Shown: positions 27,110 to 37,516 of the stretch, one piece after another | How the letters are laid out: the number at the start of each line of letters is the position of its first letter | How positions within the stretch are numbered: position 1 is the first letter of the stretch | DNA from: Bacteroidaceae bacterium | GTDB lineage: Bacteria > Bacteroidota > Bacteroidia > Bacteroidales > Bacteroidaceae | Length of the DNA: 64,000 nucleotides | NCBI GenBank assembly: GCA_045640885.1 | Contig: JAZUFX010000054.1 | Coordinates: 14,917-78,916, forward strand | Direction: 5' to 3' | Made by a program: the position numbers and the translations under genes | The notes under the pieces: generated by a model | The model's input: the letters and a program-made list of their open reading frames with translations, nothing else | Database searches by the model: none | Told to the model about the DNA's origin: nothing

Positions 27110-28375
27110 TTAGCGGTTATATATCTTCAGCGTCTTGCCGGCACGTATTATGTCGCTTTTCAGATTGTTCCATTTCTTGATATTTGCCACGCTTGTATGG
27201 TATTTGCGGGCAATGGTTCCAAGTGTTTCACCCTCCCTTATCTTGTGCGAAACGTATGTGATGCGGCTGTTCATGTCATCGTCGATGTATCCCAAACGGG
27301 CTTTGGTGAACAGTTTGTCACGGTTATAGGAGTAAAGCGAGTCACCAGCTTCGACCAGAGGCCGTATGTACTGCTGCGGAACGGTAAGCACGCATTCGCG
27401 GTGTGCGCCGGGAATCACATCGGTAAGGTACTGCGGATTCAATGCTGCAAGCTCGCTCCTGTCGATTCCACTGAAATGGATAATCTGGTCAAAATGAAGA
27501 TTCTGTGTAATGACAAGCGTATCGGTCAACTGGCTGACCGATACCGCCACCGGGCAGATGCCATGTTCGCGGTAGAATTCCATGGCATAGTTGACTGCTA
27601 TGAAAGCCGGCAGATATCCGCGTGTCTCGCGTGGCAAGTACGGATATATTTCCCAGAATGATGTCTTTCCGCCAGACCTTGAAATGGCTTTGGTAATGTT
27701 GCCGGGCCCGCAGTTGTAGGCCGATATGGCAAGAGACCAGTCGCCGAACATGTCGTACAAGTCGCGCAGGTGATGGGCTGCGGCTTCGGTCTCGCGCGCA
27801 ATGTCATAGCGGTCATCGACCAGGCTGTTCACTTTCAGATTGTATTTGCGGCCGGTACTGTAAATGAACTGCCACATTCCTGCCGCACCGGCACGTGAAT
27901 ATGCCTTTGGCTTGAGCGCAGACTCAACGATGGGCAGGTATTTCAGTTCAATGGGGACATTGTACTTTATGAGTGCATTCACAAAAGTCTCTTCGTATAT
28001 CGGCAACATGCCCAGTGCATATGAAATGATATGGCGGTTACGGCCTGTATATGCCTGTATTGAATTGCGAACCACGTTGTTCATGGGCATTTCAACTATG
28101 GTAGGCAGAGTGCTGAGCCTCATGGCCAGGATTGAGTCGCTCAGCGGGCCGGTTTCGGTTGCATTGTAGCATTCGCTGTCAAACTGAAGCACATGTGAAC
28201 CATTCCACATGGCTATCAGGCTGTCAATGTTGTATGTGGCACTTTCAGGCAAGTCAAGACTGTCTTCCGGCACTTTAATGCCGATGGTACTGGAAACGGA
28301 TTCCGGCTGCGTTTGGGCCTGCACAGCAGTAAAACCGAAGACAGCCAGAGAAAATGTCAGTATGTTTATTTTCAT
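27110..28375 (-). CDS. lytic transglycosylase with C-terminal LysM domain (MltD-like)
   Basis: Signal peptide. SLT core ESALKPKAYSRAGAAGMWQF...AYNCGPGN. C-terminal LysM (HKIREGETLGTIARKYHTSVANIKKWNNL). Confidence 0.85.
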   Translation of the reverse strand: MKINILTFSLAVFGFTAVQAQTQPESVSSTIGIKVPEDSLDLPESATYNIDSLIAMWNGSHVLQFDSECYNATETGPLSDSILAMRLSTLPTIVEMPMNNVVRNSIQAYTGRNRHIISYALGMLPIYEETFVNALIKYNVPIELKYLPIVESALKPKAYSRAGAAGMWQFIYSTGRKYNLKVNSLVDDRYDIARETEAAAHHLRDLYDMFGDWSLAISAYNCGPGNITKAISRSGGKTSFWEIYPYLPRETRGYLPAFIAVNYAMEFYREHGICPVAVSVSQLTDTLVITQNLHFDQIIHFSGIDRSELAALNPQYLTDVIPGAHRECVLTVPQQYIRPLVEAGDSLYSYNRDKLFTKARLGYIDDDMNSRITYVSHKIREGETLGTIARKYHTSVANIKKWNNLKSDIIRAGKTLKIYNR

Positions 28376-28381
28376 TGAAAT

Positions 28382-29185
28382 TCAGAAATTCAAGGCAAGG
28401 GAAAGTCCTGTATTAGCCTTTCCATGGTGATCAATCATAATTTGCGGCTGGACATGCAGACTCAGGTCCGGCGATATGTCAAAATGTGACAGTTCCGCAT
28501 CGACGTACGCATCAATTGCCGATATGACATACATTCCTGCAAATGCAAAGATACTCAGGTCGCGGTAGCGGCGGTATTTGTTTTTCCTGTTGCGGAACAC
28601 GTCTTTCAGCCAGCTCTCCATATCTTCGTCAATTTCGTAATGGGGAGGCAGAAAATCTTCGTAGCTTTTGGTATTGGGGTCATCGTCCATTATATCGACG
28701 TATGCATCCATGTAGTCGGAATATGTGGACTGATTCCATGTGAGGGCATAGACACAACCTACAAAACCTCCATATACAATTGGCAGCTTCCAATATTTGC
28801 GGTTGTAAATCTGACCTCCTCCAGGGAAAACCAGTGCCAGGAATGTCGCGGCTCTGGGATTGGGCTCCCATTCTTCAGCGCTGTTTTCTATGTTTGCAAC
28901 TGCGATGCTGTCCTTTTCTCTCCAGGAGAGTCTTCTGCGTCTGGCTGGTGCTTCTTCGCGGGTGAACAGTGCAGATTCCTCTTCGGGTGCATCGAGATTC
29001 AGCTGGCGTGCATACTCAAGTTCCCGTGCCCATACAGTACTGTCGCCTATTGAACGGAACAGACTGTCAACGAGCGCTGTCCTGTTTTGCTCATAGCCAA
29101 TGCTGTCTGCTTCCTGGGCTGTCAGTGCAGACGGCAGAAAAAGCAGGAAAAGAACCGGAAACAGTTTCCTTGAGATATGCATCAT
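28382..29185 (-). CDS. DUF5683-like membrane protein
   Basis: Signal peptide, motif GGGQIYNRKYWKLPIVYGG. Its conserved position is downstream of parB in Bacteroidales. Confidence 0.6.
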   Translation of the reverse strand: MMHISRKLFPVLFLLFLPSALTAQEADSIGYEQNRTALVDSLFRSIGDSTVWARELEYARQLNLDAPEEESALFTREEAPARRRRLSWREKDSIAVANIENSAEEWEPNPRAATFLALVFPGGGQIYNRKYWKLPIVYGGFVGCVYALTWNQSTYSDYMDAYVDIMDDDPNTKSYEDFLPPHYEIDEDMESWLKDVFRNRKNKYRRYRDLSIFAFAGMYVISAIDAYVDAELSHFDISPDLSLHVQPQIMIDHHGKANTGLSLALNF

Positions 29186-30045
29186 TTTTTGATATGGTCG
29201 AACAATTGCATTATACGGGTCAGTTCCTTTTCATTCTTGAATGAAATGTTTATGCTGCCCTTGCCCTTGTCATTGCATTTCATCTTGACAGTGGTTCCCA
29301 GTTTCGTGGAAAGCAGTCTGCCAAGTGGTGACAAATCGGCGGCTTGTGCCTTACTGCCGGGCTTGGCCGGTCCTTCCAGCTGGCGCACCTTCGTCTCAAC
29401 CATACGCACCGAGTATCCGTTCTTGAGAAGCTCATGGAACAGGGCAAGCTGCTTTACCGGATCTTCAATTGCCAGAAGTGCACGGGCATGCCCCATTTCT
29501 ATGCGGCGTTCCTTCAGGGCCATTTGAATTTCGGCCGGCAGTTTCAGAAGCCTTATATAGTTGGCAACGGTAGCGCGCTTCTTGCCGATGCGGGTGCTCA
29601 GCTGCTCCTGGGTCATATTATAGACTTCAAGCAGGTTCTGGCATGCCAATGCGACTTCCATTGAATTCAGGTCTTCACGCTGAATGTTCTCAATGAGCGC
29701 CATGGCCATGACGTTTTCATCGTTGGCTGTACGTATATATGCCGGAATCTGCTTCAATCCGGCCATGACCGATGCCCGGTAGCGCCTTTCTCCTGCAATA
29801 ATCTGGTAATTGCCTTCAGCGATTTTACGCAGTGTTATCGGCTGGATTATGCCGATTTCCTTTATGGATTCCGACAGTTCTTCCAGACTTGCTTTGTCAA
29901 ATTCACGACGGGGCTGGTCAGGGTTTGCATGTATCTGGCCGACTGGTACTTCGCTTATTGACGAAGAGCCCTGTGTCCTGACCAGTTCAGTGGAAATGAG
30001 CGCATCAAGGCCGCGCCCAAGTGCCATTTTCTTTTGGGTCGTCAT
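29182..30045 (-). CDS. parB: chromosome partitioning protein ParB
   Basis: GLDALI, ParB box IQPITLRK...YQIIAGERRYRA and the HTH region. 4-nt overlap with the next gene. Confidence 0.92.
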   Translation of the reverse strand: MTTQKKMALGRGLDALISTELVRTQGSSSISEVPVGQIHANPDQPRREFDKASLEELSESIKEIGIIQPITLRKIAEGNYQIIAGERRYRASVMAGLKQIPAYIRTANDENVMAMALIENIQREDLNSMEVALACQNLLEVYNMTQEQLSTRIGKKRATVANYIRLLKLPAEIQMALKERRIEMGHARALLAIEDPVKQLALFHELLKNGYSVRMVETKVRQLEGPAKPGSKAQAADLSPLGRLLSTKLGTTVKMKCNDKGKGSINISFKNEKELTRIMQLFDHIKK

Positions 30046-30812
30046 TTGTTCTCGTTTTTCTTGAGGATTTCGGCGGCAAGCGACAGATAGTTCCTTGCAC
30101 CTGCCGATTCTGCATCGTACATGATTACAGGCAGTCCGTGACTTGGCGCTTCACCTAATTTTACGTTGCGTGTGATGATGGTATCGAAAACCAGTTCCTG
30201 GAAATGTTTCTTGACTTCCTCATGGATCTGGTTGCTCAGTCTGAGTCTCGAGTCGAACATGGTAAGGAGGAAACCTTCCACGTCCAGATCAGGATTGAGC
30301 TTCGTCTTGATGATTCTTATGGTGTTGAGCAGCTTGCTTATTCCTTCAAGGGCAAAATATTCGCATTGTACCGGGATGATGAGTGAATCGGCCGCCGTAA
30401 GTGAGTTAACGGTAATCAGACCCAGCGAAGGGGAACAGTCAATGAAAATGTAATCGTACTCATCCTTGACTGTGGCAAGCATTTTCTTCATTACGGTCTC
30501 ACGGCTGGCCATGTTCATGAGCTCAAGTTCCGCACCTACCAGGTCAATGTGCGATGGCAGTACCTGCAACCCCGCGACACAGCTGTCGACTATGGCATTG
30601 TGTGGATCGATGCCATTGACAAGACACTCGTAAACGCTTGATTCCAGTTTTGATATGTCAATGCCGAGGCCGGATGAGGCATTGGCCTGGGGATCGGCGT
30701 CAACAACCAGCACCTTCTTGTCACAGACTGCCAGTGATGCCGCCAGGTTAATTGTCGTTGTGGTTTTGCCAACACCTCCTTTCTGGTTGGCCAATGCTAT
30801 AATCTTTCCCAT
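30042..30812 (-). CDS. parA: chromosome partitioning ATPase ParA/Soj
   Basis: Start at MGKIIALANQKGGVGKTT (deviant Walker A). 4-nt overlap with parB. Confidence 0.92.
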   Translation of the reverse strand: MGKIIALANQKGGVGKTTTTINLAASLAVCDKKVLVVDADPQANASSGLGIDISKLESSVYECLVNGIDPHNAIVDSCVAGLQVLPSHIDLVGAELELMNMASRETVMKKMLATVKDEYDYIFIDCSPSLGLITVNSLTAADSLIIPVQCEYFALEGISKLLNTIRIIKTKLNPDLDVEGFLLTMFDSRLRLSNQIHEEVKKHFQELVFDTIITRNVKLGEAPSHGLPVIMYDAESAGARNYLSLAAEILKKNENK

Positions 30813-30823
30813 AGAATTGCTGT

Positions 30824-31675
30824 TTACTTCAAGTACAATAGGCATACAAAATAGACTGTCACTGCCGGAATGGCCAGAAAGGCGCTGTCGAACCTGTCCA
30901 ATATGCCGCCATGGCCGGGCAGGATCTTACCGGAATCCTTGATTCCCATTTCGCGTTTCATAAGGGACTCGACAAGGTCACCCCATGTTCCGAACAGAAC
31001 TACCACTAAACCCATACCCAACCAAACCGGCAGTGGATATATGGAATACATTGCCGGTATGGAATGCGATACAAGTCCTGCTGCCGCAAGGGTGAAGACT
31101 GCCCCTCCAATTGAACCCTCCCAGGTCTTCTTGGGTGATACCCTTTCAAAAAGTTTATGTCTGCCTATGGTGCAGCCGGTGCAGTACGCTCCGACATCGT
31201 TGCTCCAGATGCACAGGAACAGCATCAATGGCAGGGCAGGGGAATATCCTGACTGTCCGCCGTTACCGGGCATGTTGCCGAGAACGTACAGAAGTGCCAT
31301 CGGTACAGCTATGTACAGTACCGGGAACAGAGTGTAGGCGATGTTCGCAATGTGACTGCTGTCTTTTGAATAAAGTTCGGCTACAAGAACTGCAATCACA
31401 AAGGCGAAAGCCAGAGCCCAGCAGTACAGTGCCTGTGGCAGGGCCAAACTGAACATCAGAACAATGCACAGATAGAATGACAGCGCTGTCAGAATGGAAA
31501 GGATGCGTTTGACCGACGCTCCTTTGCATTTGTTTGCAAGCGTTGTAAATTCATTGGCGGCCAGAATGGTTATCAGACCGAAAAGACCGGTGAACAGCCA
31601 GCCTCCCTTCTGGATGCTGAACAGCATTATGGCGGCAAATATGACTGCGGTTATGGTTCTGACGAGGAAGTTCAC
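30824..31675 (-). CDS. cdsA: phosphatidate cytidylyltransferase
   Basis: Multi-TM protein with the C-terminal signature SLMKREMGIKDSGKILPGHGGILDRFDS. The only upstream ATG (31735) would overlap ftsH by 29 nt. In-frame GTG 31675 or TTG 31693 give a typical length, so the start is uncertain. Confidence 0.85.
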   Translation of the reverse strand: MNFLVRTITAVIFAAIMLFSIQKGGWLFTGLFGLITILAANEFTTLANKCKGASVKRILSILTALSFYLCIVLMFSLALPQALYCWALAFAFVIAVLVAELYSKDSSHIANIAYTLFPVLYIAVPMALLYVLGNMPGNGGQSGYSPALPLMLFLCIWSNDVGAYCTGCTIGRHKLFERVSPKKTWEGSIGGAVFTLAAAGLVSHSIPAMYSIYPLPVWLGMGLVVVLFGTWGDLVESLMKREMGIKDSGKILPGHGGILDRFDSAFLAIPAVTVYFVCLLYLK

Positions 31676-31706
31676 TTTGATGATAATTTTCAAACGGATT
31701 AAAGTA

Positions 31707-33635
31707 TCAGGATTCAGAGACTGACAGAATCTCATCGCTGCGTGACGCCCACTGGCGCTTGCCGAAAATCCTTTCCACGTCTTCGGCAAAAATGACTTCA
31801 CGCTCCATGAGCAACTGCGCCAGTTGGCGGTGTCCCTCACTGTGTTCAAGAAGAAGGGCTTTTGCACGCTCGTACTGGCTTGCAACCAATGCCTTGACAT
31901 CGTTGTCAATCATCTCGGCCGTCTTTTCACTGTACGGTTTCTGAAAAGCGTATTCATCGGTGCTGCTGTAATAGCACAGGTTGGGCAGGCTTTCGCTCAT
32001 GCCAAGATAGGCAATCATACCGTATGACTGGCGGGTAACACGCTCAAGGTCATTCATTGCGCCCGACGAGATGTGCCCTGTGAAAAGCTCTTCGGCGGCA
32101 CGTCCGCCCAGTGTCGCGCACATTTCGTCAAGCATCTGCTCCTTTGTCGTAATCTGCCTTTCTTCGGGCAGATACCAAGCTGCCCCGAGGGCGCGGCCGC
32201 GCGGAACTATGGTCACCTTGATAAGCGGGTTCGCATATTCCAGAAACCATGACAGCGTTGCATGGCCGGCTTCGTGAAGGGCGATTGTTTCCTTCTCTTT
32301 GGCCGTGAGAACCTTGGTTTTCTTTTCCAAACCGCCGATGATGCGGTCGACGGCCGCCAGAAAATCATCCTTGCCGACTTTCTTCTTGTCGTGACGGGCT
32401 GCAATCAGGGCTGCTTCATTGCATACATTTGCAATGTCGGCTCCTGAGAAACCCGGTGTCTGGCGTGCCAGCAAATCCTTGTCTACATCCTTGTCAAGTT
32501 TCAAAGGCTTCAAGTGAACGCCGAACACTTCCTTGCGTTCATTGAGGTCAGGCAGGTCAAGGTGAATCTGACGGTCAAAACGGCCTGCACGCAGCAGGGC
32601 CTTGTCAAGAATATCCACGCGGTTGGTGGCTGCAAGTATTATGACGCCGCTGTTGGTGCCGAATCCGTCCATCTCGGTAAGCAATTGGTTCAAGGTGTTC
32701 TCCCTTTCGTCATTACCTCCCATTGACGGGTTCTTGCCACGTGCGCGTCCGACAGCGTCAATCTCATCGATGAAGATTATGCATGGCGATTTTTCCTTTG
32801 CCTGATGGAACAGGTCACGTACCCGTGAAGCGCCGACGCCGACGAACATTTCAACGAAATCAGAGCCTGACAATGAGAAGAATGGAACATCGGCTTCGCC
32901 GGCCACGGCCTTTGCCAGCAGTGTCTTGCCTGTTCCCGGAGGGCCTACAAGCAAAGCGCCCTTTGGAATTTTTCCACCCAGGTCGGTGTACTTCTTCGGG
33001 TTCTTCAGGAACTCTACTATTTCTTCGACTTCCGCTTTGGCTTCCGCCTGTCCTGCAACATCCTTGAAGGTGATGCGGTCGGGCTTGCCCTTTTCATAGA
33101 CGCGTGCCTTTGATTTTCCTACAGAGAAAACACCACCCGGGCCTCCGGCACCGCCACCAGCCATTTTTCTGGACATGAAGATCCAAATTCCTATGAGAAG
33201 CAGGAACGGGAGTATGGAAACAAGAAGCTCAACCCCGGTTCGCGATTTTTTGCGGTATTCAACGGAACCGGTAAACATTCCGTCGCTTTCGGCCTGGTCA
33301 ATGTATTCCTGGAAGCTGTCCATGGAACCGACACCGACGCTCAGCATGGGGCGTGAAAGCGGGTTAAGTTTCAAAGCTCTGTCGCCGAAAACGTATTGGG
33401 CCGAATCGGGCTTGATGTACATTTCCATGACGTTCATGTTGGAATATACGACAAGATCGCTTACATAGCCTTTTGAGATATAATCCTTGAATTGGGTGTA
33501 TGTGGCTTTGTCACTCAGGCTTTCTGAGTCGTCTTTCAGCATTATGTAGCCGAAAGCGACGAACAGAATGATACAGAACCAGCTCCATATTCTGGAGCCT
33601 CCCGTCGGTTTCTTGTCTTTATTGTTGTCTGCCAT
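31707..33635 (-). CDS. ftsH: ATP-dependent zinc metalloprotease FtsH
   Basis: Two TM segments, AAA+ Walker [14 protein letters not shown], Walker [13 protein letters not shown], and the zinc site HEAGH. Confidence 0.97.
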   Translation of the reverse strand: MADNNKDKKPTGGSRIWSWFCIILFVAFGYIMLKDDSESLSDKATYTQFKDYISKGYVSDLVVYSNMNVMEMYIKPDSAQYVFGDRALKLNPLSRPMLSVGVGSMDSFQEYIDQAESDGMFTGSVEYRKKSRTGVELLVSILPFLLLIGIWIFMSRKMAGGGAGGPGGVFSVGKSKARVYEKGKPDRITFKDVAGQAEAKAEVEEIVEFLKNPKKYTDLGGKIPKGALLVGPPGTGKTLLAKAVAGEADVPFFSLSGSDFVEMFVGVGASRVRDLFHQAKEKSPCIIFIDEIDAVGRARGKNPSMGGNDERENTLNQLLTEMDGFGTNSGVIILAATNRVDILDKALLRAGRFDRQIHLDLPDLNERKEVFGVHLKPLKLDKDVDKDLLARQTPGFSGADIANVCNEAALIAARHDKKKVGKDDFLAAVDRIIGGLEKKTKVLTAKEKETIALHEAGHATLSWFLEYANPLIKVTIVPRGRALGAAWYLPEERQITTKEQMLDEMCATLGGRAAEELFTGHISSGAMNDLERVTRQSYGMIAYLGMSESLPNLCYYSSTDEYAFQKPYSEKTAEMIDNDVKALVASQYERAKALLLEHSEGHRQLAQLLMEREVIFAEDVERIFGKRQWASRSDEILSVSES

Positions 33636-33680
33636 CCTTCTTTACTGTTTTGGTAAATGTCAGTTCTACGTGTCTTTTTG

Positions 33681-34049
33681 TCAGTCCAAATCGGCAATTT
33701 CCTCAAGTTTCGCATCGGCCCACAGATGATCCAGATCATAATACTGGCGTTCTTCCGGGGTGAATATGTGGACAATCACTTCACCGTAATCCATCACTAT
33801 CCAGTGTGCGTAGTTGCGGCCATCGACGAACATGGGCTTACGGCCGTCGCTTTCGCGGACCTTTTCGCGGACGCTGTCTTCTATGGCAAGAGTCTGGCTT
33901 GGAGTGCCACCCTGACAGATGACGAAATACCTGCAAATGGTATCGTCAATGCCGGACAGGTCTGCAACGGTTATTTTTTCGCCTTTCCTATCCTGAATGC
34001 CCTCGATAATGCAGTCAATGATTTTTTCTCTCTTGGTTTTCTTTGCCAT
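33681..34049 (-). CDS. rsfS: ribosome silencing factor
   Basis: Start at MAKKTKREK. The core DYFVICQG-like (RYFVICQGGTPSQ) ...HWIVMDYGEVIVHIF...YDLDHLW is typical of RsfS/iojap. Confidence 0.85.
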   Translation of the reverse strand: MAKKTKREKIIDCIIEGIQDRKGEKITVADLSGIDDTICRYFVICQGGTPSQTLAIEDSVREKVRESDGRKPMFVDGRNYAHWIVMDYGEVIVHIFTPEERQYYDLDHLWADAKLEEIADLD

Positions 34050-34153
34050 GTCTTCTGTTCTCGTTTCCTGTTTGTTCAACTTGTCTTTTCCGGTTGGTGT
34101 ACTGCAAAAATCAAGCCAACGCATTAATGACTGCGCATACGTCACAAAGTTAA

Positions 34154-34196
34154 TAAAAAAAAGAGAAACGCACCCTGTTGGATACGTTTCTCTTTT
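34154..34196 (-). terminator. rho-independent terminator after tRNA-Gln (minus strand)
   Basis: On the minus strand: stem agagaaacg / cgtttctct with a 14-nt loop, followed by an 8-T run. Confidence 0.75.
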
Positions 34197-34197
34197 G

Positions 34198-34268
34198 CTG
34201 GGCTACCCGGATTCGAACCAGGAAAGGCAGGACCAGAATCTGCAGTGTTACCGTTACACCATAGCCCA
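34198..34268 (-). tRNA. tRNA-Gln (anticodon CTG)
   Basis: Hand-folded. Acceptor TGGGCTA/TAGCCCA, D arm GTGT-AACGGTA-ACAC, anticodon stem GCAGA/CCTGC (A31-C39 mismatch) with loop TTCTGGT, T arm CCTGG-TTCGAAT-CCGGG. No CCA. Confidence 0.85.
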
Positions 34269-34298
34269 ATGCACGCGTCTCGTTTCCGAAAAGCGGTG

Positions 34299-34306
34299 CA
34301 AATATA
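34299..34306 (-). promoter_or_regulatory. Bacteroidota -7 box TATATTTG (minus strand) for tRNA-Gln
   Basis: Plus-strand caaatata, 30 nt upstream of the tRNA 5' end. Confidence 0.45.
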
Positions 34307-34357
34307 CGGCTATTTTTCAGTACTGCAACATTGAAACCATGTTTTTTTACGGAAATA

Positions 34358-36040
34358 TTATTCTGACGGCAATTCCCGTATTTGTTGCTGGAGTTCGGCA
34401 GCCTGTTCCTTCAGGGCTTCCACACGCAGTCTTATTGACTCCACAAAACTGTTGCTGCCTTTTGAACTGACCATGCCGAGATTGTTCTCGTAGGTCTGGA
34501 TTTCAGCGTTGAGACTTTCAAGCTGGCGCTGCATTCTTTCGCGTGGAGTTCCTGCAGGGCGCTGGCTGCCTTGGCGTTGTCCGCCTTGACGGCGGCGGTC
34601 TGCCGGACGTATCACAGCCGATAGATTTTCCATGACGCTGCGGTATTCGACTGCAATCTTCTCCTTCAATTTGAAGGGGACGAAACCTACGGTCTGCCAT
34701 TCTGCAACGAGGGCCTGTGCCTGTGCTATGTCTTCAGCGCTCATGCCGTCGGGATTGAAGGCCTTGAGCTTTTCAAGGATTTCCTTCTTGCGTGCCAGAT
34801 TTGCGTTTTCCTCCTGGCGCTTCGATGAAGTGTTCCTGTCACGTGCTTCGTAGAAATGGTCACATGCACCGATGAAGCGTTTCCAAAGTCCTGTCGTGTA
34901 TTTTTTCTGGACGGGGCCTGTTTCCTTCCATTCCTTCTGCAACTGCGCAAGTCTGTCGCCCGTTTCTTTCCAGTCGGTGCTGTCCTGCAGGGCCTCGGCC
35001 TGTTCGCAAAGCGCTGTCTTTTTTGCCAGATTGTCGCTCATGCTGTTTTTGGCCTCCTTGAAGTATTCTCCCTTCCTGCTGAAGAACGCATCGCAGGCTG
35101 CGCGGTAACGCTCGAATATTTTCTGGTTATGTTTGGCTGGCGCAAAACCTATCTGCTTCCATTTTGCCTGGAGGGCAAGTATTTCCTGGGTCTTGTCATT
35201 CCAGCTCTGGAATGTCTTGAGGCTGTCATAATCAACGGCTTCCAGCAGCTCGCATATCACGGTCTTCTGATCCAGATTCTCCTGCTCGTTTTTCTTTATC
35301 TCCTCAAAGTGCTGCTGGTGCCGCCTGTTGATTGTGGTCGATGCATTTTTGAACCGGTTCCATATTTCCTCACGCAAGTCCTTTGAGACAGGACCTGTCT
35401 CGCGGAAATCCTGGTGCAGTTTCTGCAGTGCGCGGAAGGCGGCAATGACGTCGGTTTCCTGGGTCAGGCGTTCGGCTTCTTCACAAATGGCCAGTTTGGC
35501 CTCCATGTTCTTCTTGAAATCGTATTCGCGGAACTCGTTGTTCAGTTTCTGTATATCGTAGTACTGCTCATTGAGCCCTTGGAATTCCTTCCACAGGTCA
35601 TTTGCAGCCGATTGCGGAACTTCCTTGATTTCCTTCCACCGGTCAACGATGGCCTTGAAATCACTGTACGGAACATCCTGGGTGTTGGCATTTTCGACCA
35701 GTTGTCTGAGCTGCTCCAACAGTTCCTGCTTCATTTTGAGATTTTCCTGCTGCATTGCCTCAAGAGCTTCCTGTGCTGCCGATTTCTTCTCTTTGATGAT
35801 GTTCATCAATTTGCGGAACTGTTCCTCAATCGGATCCATCTCCGGCTTGAACTCCTGGGCGGTACCGCCTCCTGCAACGTAGGCGGCTATCTGCTCTTCC
35901 TGGGCAGACTTCTGAAGTTTGTAGAAGGCTTGCTTCAAAGACTCAAGTTCCGGTCTCGTTGCCAGTGAAATGTCGGCCGCCATTGCTTTCATGCGTTCGA
36001 TGACATCTTCACGGGTACTAATATTCAATTCCTCATTCAT
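34358..36040 (-). CDS. DUF349 repeat protein
   Basis: 560 aa, helical. At least five copies of a W-x(2)-[IFV]G/ETGP...-W/F-x-RF-type module (for example LQKEWKETGPVQKKYTTGLWKRFIGACDHFY). Confidence 0.75.
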   Translation of the reverse strand: MNEELNISTREDVIERMKAMAADISLATRPELESLKQAFYKLQKSAQEEQIAAYVAGGGTAQEFKPEMDPIEEQFRKLMNIIKEKKSAAQEALEAMQQENLKMKQELLEQLRQLVENANTQDVPYSDFKAIVDRWKEIKEVPQSAANDLWKEFQGLNEQYYDIQKLNNEFREYDFKKNMEAKLAICEEAERLTQETDVIAAFRALQKLHQDFRETGPVSKDLREEIWNRFKNASTTINRRHQQHFEEIKKNEQENLDQKTVICELLEAVDYDSLKTFQSWNDKTQEILALQAKWKQIGFAPAKHNQKIFERYRAACDAFFSRKGEYFKEAKNSMSDNLAKKTALCEQAEALQDSTDWKETGDRLAQLQKEWKETGPVQKKYTTGLWKRFIGACDHFYEARDRNTSSKRQEENANLARKKEILEKLKAFNPDGMSAEDIAQAQALVAEWQTVGFVPFKLKEKIAVEYRSVMENLSAVIRPADRRRQGGQRQGSQRPAGTPRERMQRQLESLNAEIQTYENNLGMVSSKGSNSFVESIRLRVEALKEQAAELQQQIRELPSE

Positions 36041-36100
36041 ACGTAGGGAAAAGTTAACAGATTACTTCTGCAAAGAAAGCACTAAATTGGTATTATCCGC

Positions 36101-37465
36101 CTATAGCAGTGAAAAAATGTTGCTTTTTGTCAAGATGTCAACCACAAGTATGTATATCACCATACCAAGCAGGTCGTTGGTGATCTGAACGAACGGTCCT
36201 GTGGCGATGGCGGGGTCAATTTTGATTTTCTGGAAGATAAGTGGCAGCAGCGTTCCCCAAAGCGTGCCTATCAGAACAAGCGCGAACATGCTGAGGGGCA
36301 CAGCATATGTGACGGCTTCAGAAAAGCCGAACCTGAACATGTTGTACCCGAAAACCAGAAGTGACAGTACGACGGCATTGATAAGGGCTACTGCACTTTC
36401 CTTGAATACCTGTCTCCAGATGTTCGACGTGTTGAGCGAACCGTTTGCCAGACCCTGAACCACGATGGCCGACGACTGGGTTCCCACGTTGCCGCCTGTG
36501 CCTCCAATGAGCGGGATGAAAAGGACCAGCCCAACATACTGCGCCAGGGTCCCTTCAAAGCGGCCAAGCAACATTGAGTTCAGAATACCGCCCACCATGC
36601 CTATCAGAAGCCAGGGAATACGTGACCACATCTGGCGGAATACATTGTCGTCGGCTTCGACGTCACCGGTGATACCGGTAGCCATCTGGTAGTCATGCTC
36701 CTGCTGTTCACGGAGTTCGTCAATGACATCATCGACCGTAATCTGACCCTGAAGCCTTCCTATGCTGTCAACGACCGGGACTGCAACAAGGTTGTACTTT
36801 TCAATCATCTGTACCACATCGTCAATGGGCGTGTCAACTTTGGTGCTTATAAGGTCCTCGTCCATGACGTATTTCACTTTTGAAACCGACGGGTTGGTGA
36901 TCATTTTCTTGAGCGGGAACACGCCTTTCAGGCGGCCGTCGTTGTCGACCACGTAAACATTGTGTATGTCATCAAGGTCTTCGGCCTGCTTGCGCATCTC
37001 CTGCAGACATTCCGGCATGCTCATGTTCTCGTTCACAACCACCATTTCGGTGCCCATAAGACCACCGGCGGTATCTTCGTCGTATTGCATCAGGTCAACG
37101 ATATCGCTGGCCTGCTCCATGTCGCCGATGTGTGAAAGTACCTCTTCCTGCTTGTCTTCGTCAAGTTCCTGGATAATGTCGACGGCATCGTCGGTGTCCA
37201 TGTTGTCAATGAACTTGCTGGCAATGACCTCGCTGGGGAGTTCATCCAGCAGTTCACGGCGGCGTTCCTCGTCCATTTCCACAAGAACGTCAGCTGCGGT
37301 TTCATTGTCAAGCAGACGATATATCAGCCGGGCGTCGTCAACGTCCAGTTCATCACAAAGTTCTGCAATGTCGGCAGGGTGCATGTCGCCGAGCAGGGTG
37401 GTCAGAGCCACTGTGTCCTGTCTTTCAATCAGTGCCAGAATGTTTTCCAGAAATTCCTTCTCCAT
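36101..37465 (-). CDS. mgtE: magnesium transporter MgtE
   Basis: N-terminal acidic MgtE_N domain, tandem CBS domains, and a C-terminal 5-TM domain with GGTGGNVGTQSS. Confidence 0.92.
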   Translation of the reverse strand: MEKEFLENILALIERQDTVALTTLLGDMHPADIAELCDELDVDDARLIYRLLDNETAADVLVEMDEERRRELLDELPSEVIASKFIDNMDTDDAVDIIQELDEDKQEEVLSHIGDMEQASDIVDLMQYDEDTAGGLMGTEMVVVNENMSMPECLQEMRKQAEDLDDIHNVYVVDNDGRLKGVFPLKKMITNPSVSKVKYVMDEDLISTKVDTPIDDVVQMIEKYNLVAVPVVDSIGRLQGQITVDDVIDELREQQEHDYQMATGITGDVEADDNVFRQMWSRIPWLLIGMVGGILNSMLLGRFEGTLAQYVGLVLFIPLIGGTGGNVGTQSSAIVVQGLANGSLNTSNIWRQVFKESAVALINAVVLSLLVFGYNMFRFGFSEAVTYAVPLSMFALVLIGTLWGTLLPLIFQKIKIDPAIATGPFVQITNDLLGMVIYILVVDILTKSNIFSLL

Positions 37466-37516
37466 AGCACAATGTCTGAATTTTGAGTCAAGCCTATGAC
37501 TCGGGTAAATTGTTCT

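Noticed and set aside
29182-30812. parA/parB as plasmid or ICE partition genes.
   Set aside because: They sit in the conserved chromosomal context cdsA-parA-parB-DUF5683-lytic transglycosylase-relA, with no replication or conjugation genes. I also looked for a canonical parS (TGTTTCACGTGAAACA) at the CACGTG sites I noticed and found none, so no parS call is made.
36960-37499. A 179-aa Ser-rich plus-strand ORF antisense to mgtE, and a 218-aa Ser-rich minus-strand ORF (46776-47432) antisense to tonB.
   Set aside because: These are extreme low-complexity translations lying opposite well-supported genes (the acidic MgtE N-domain and the TonB linker). They are frame artefacts.
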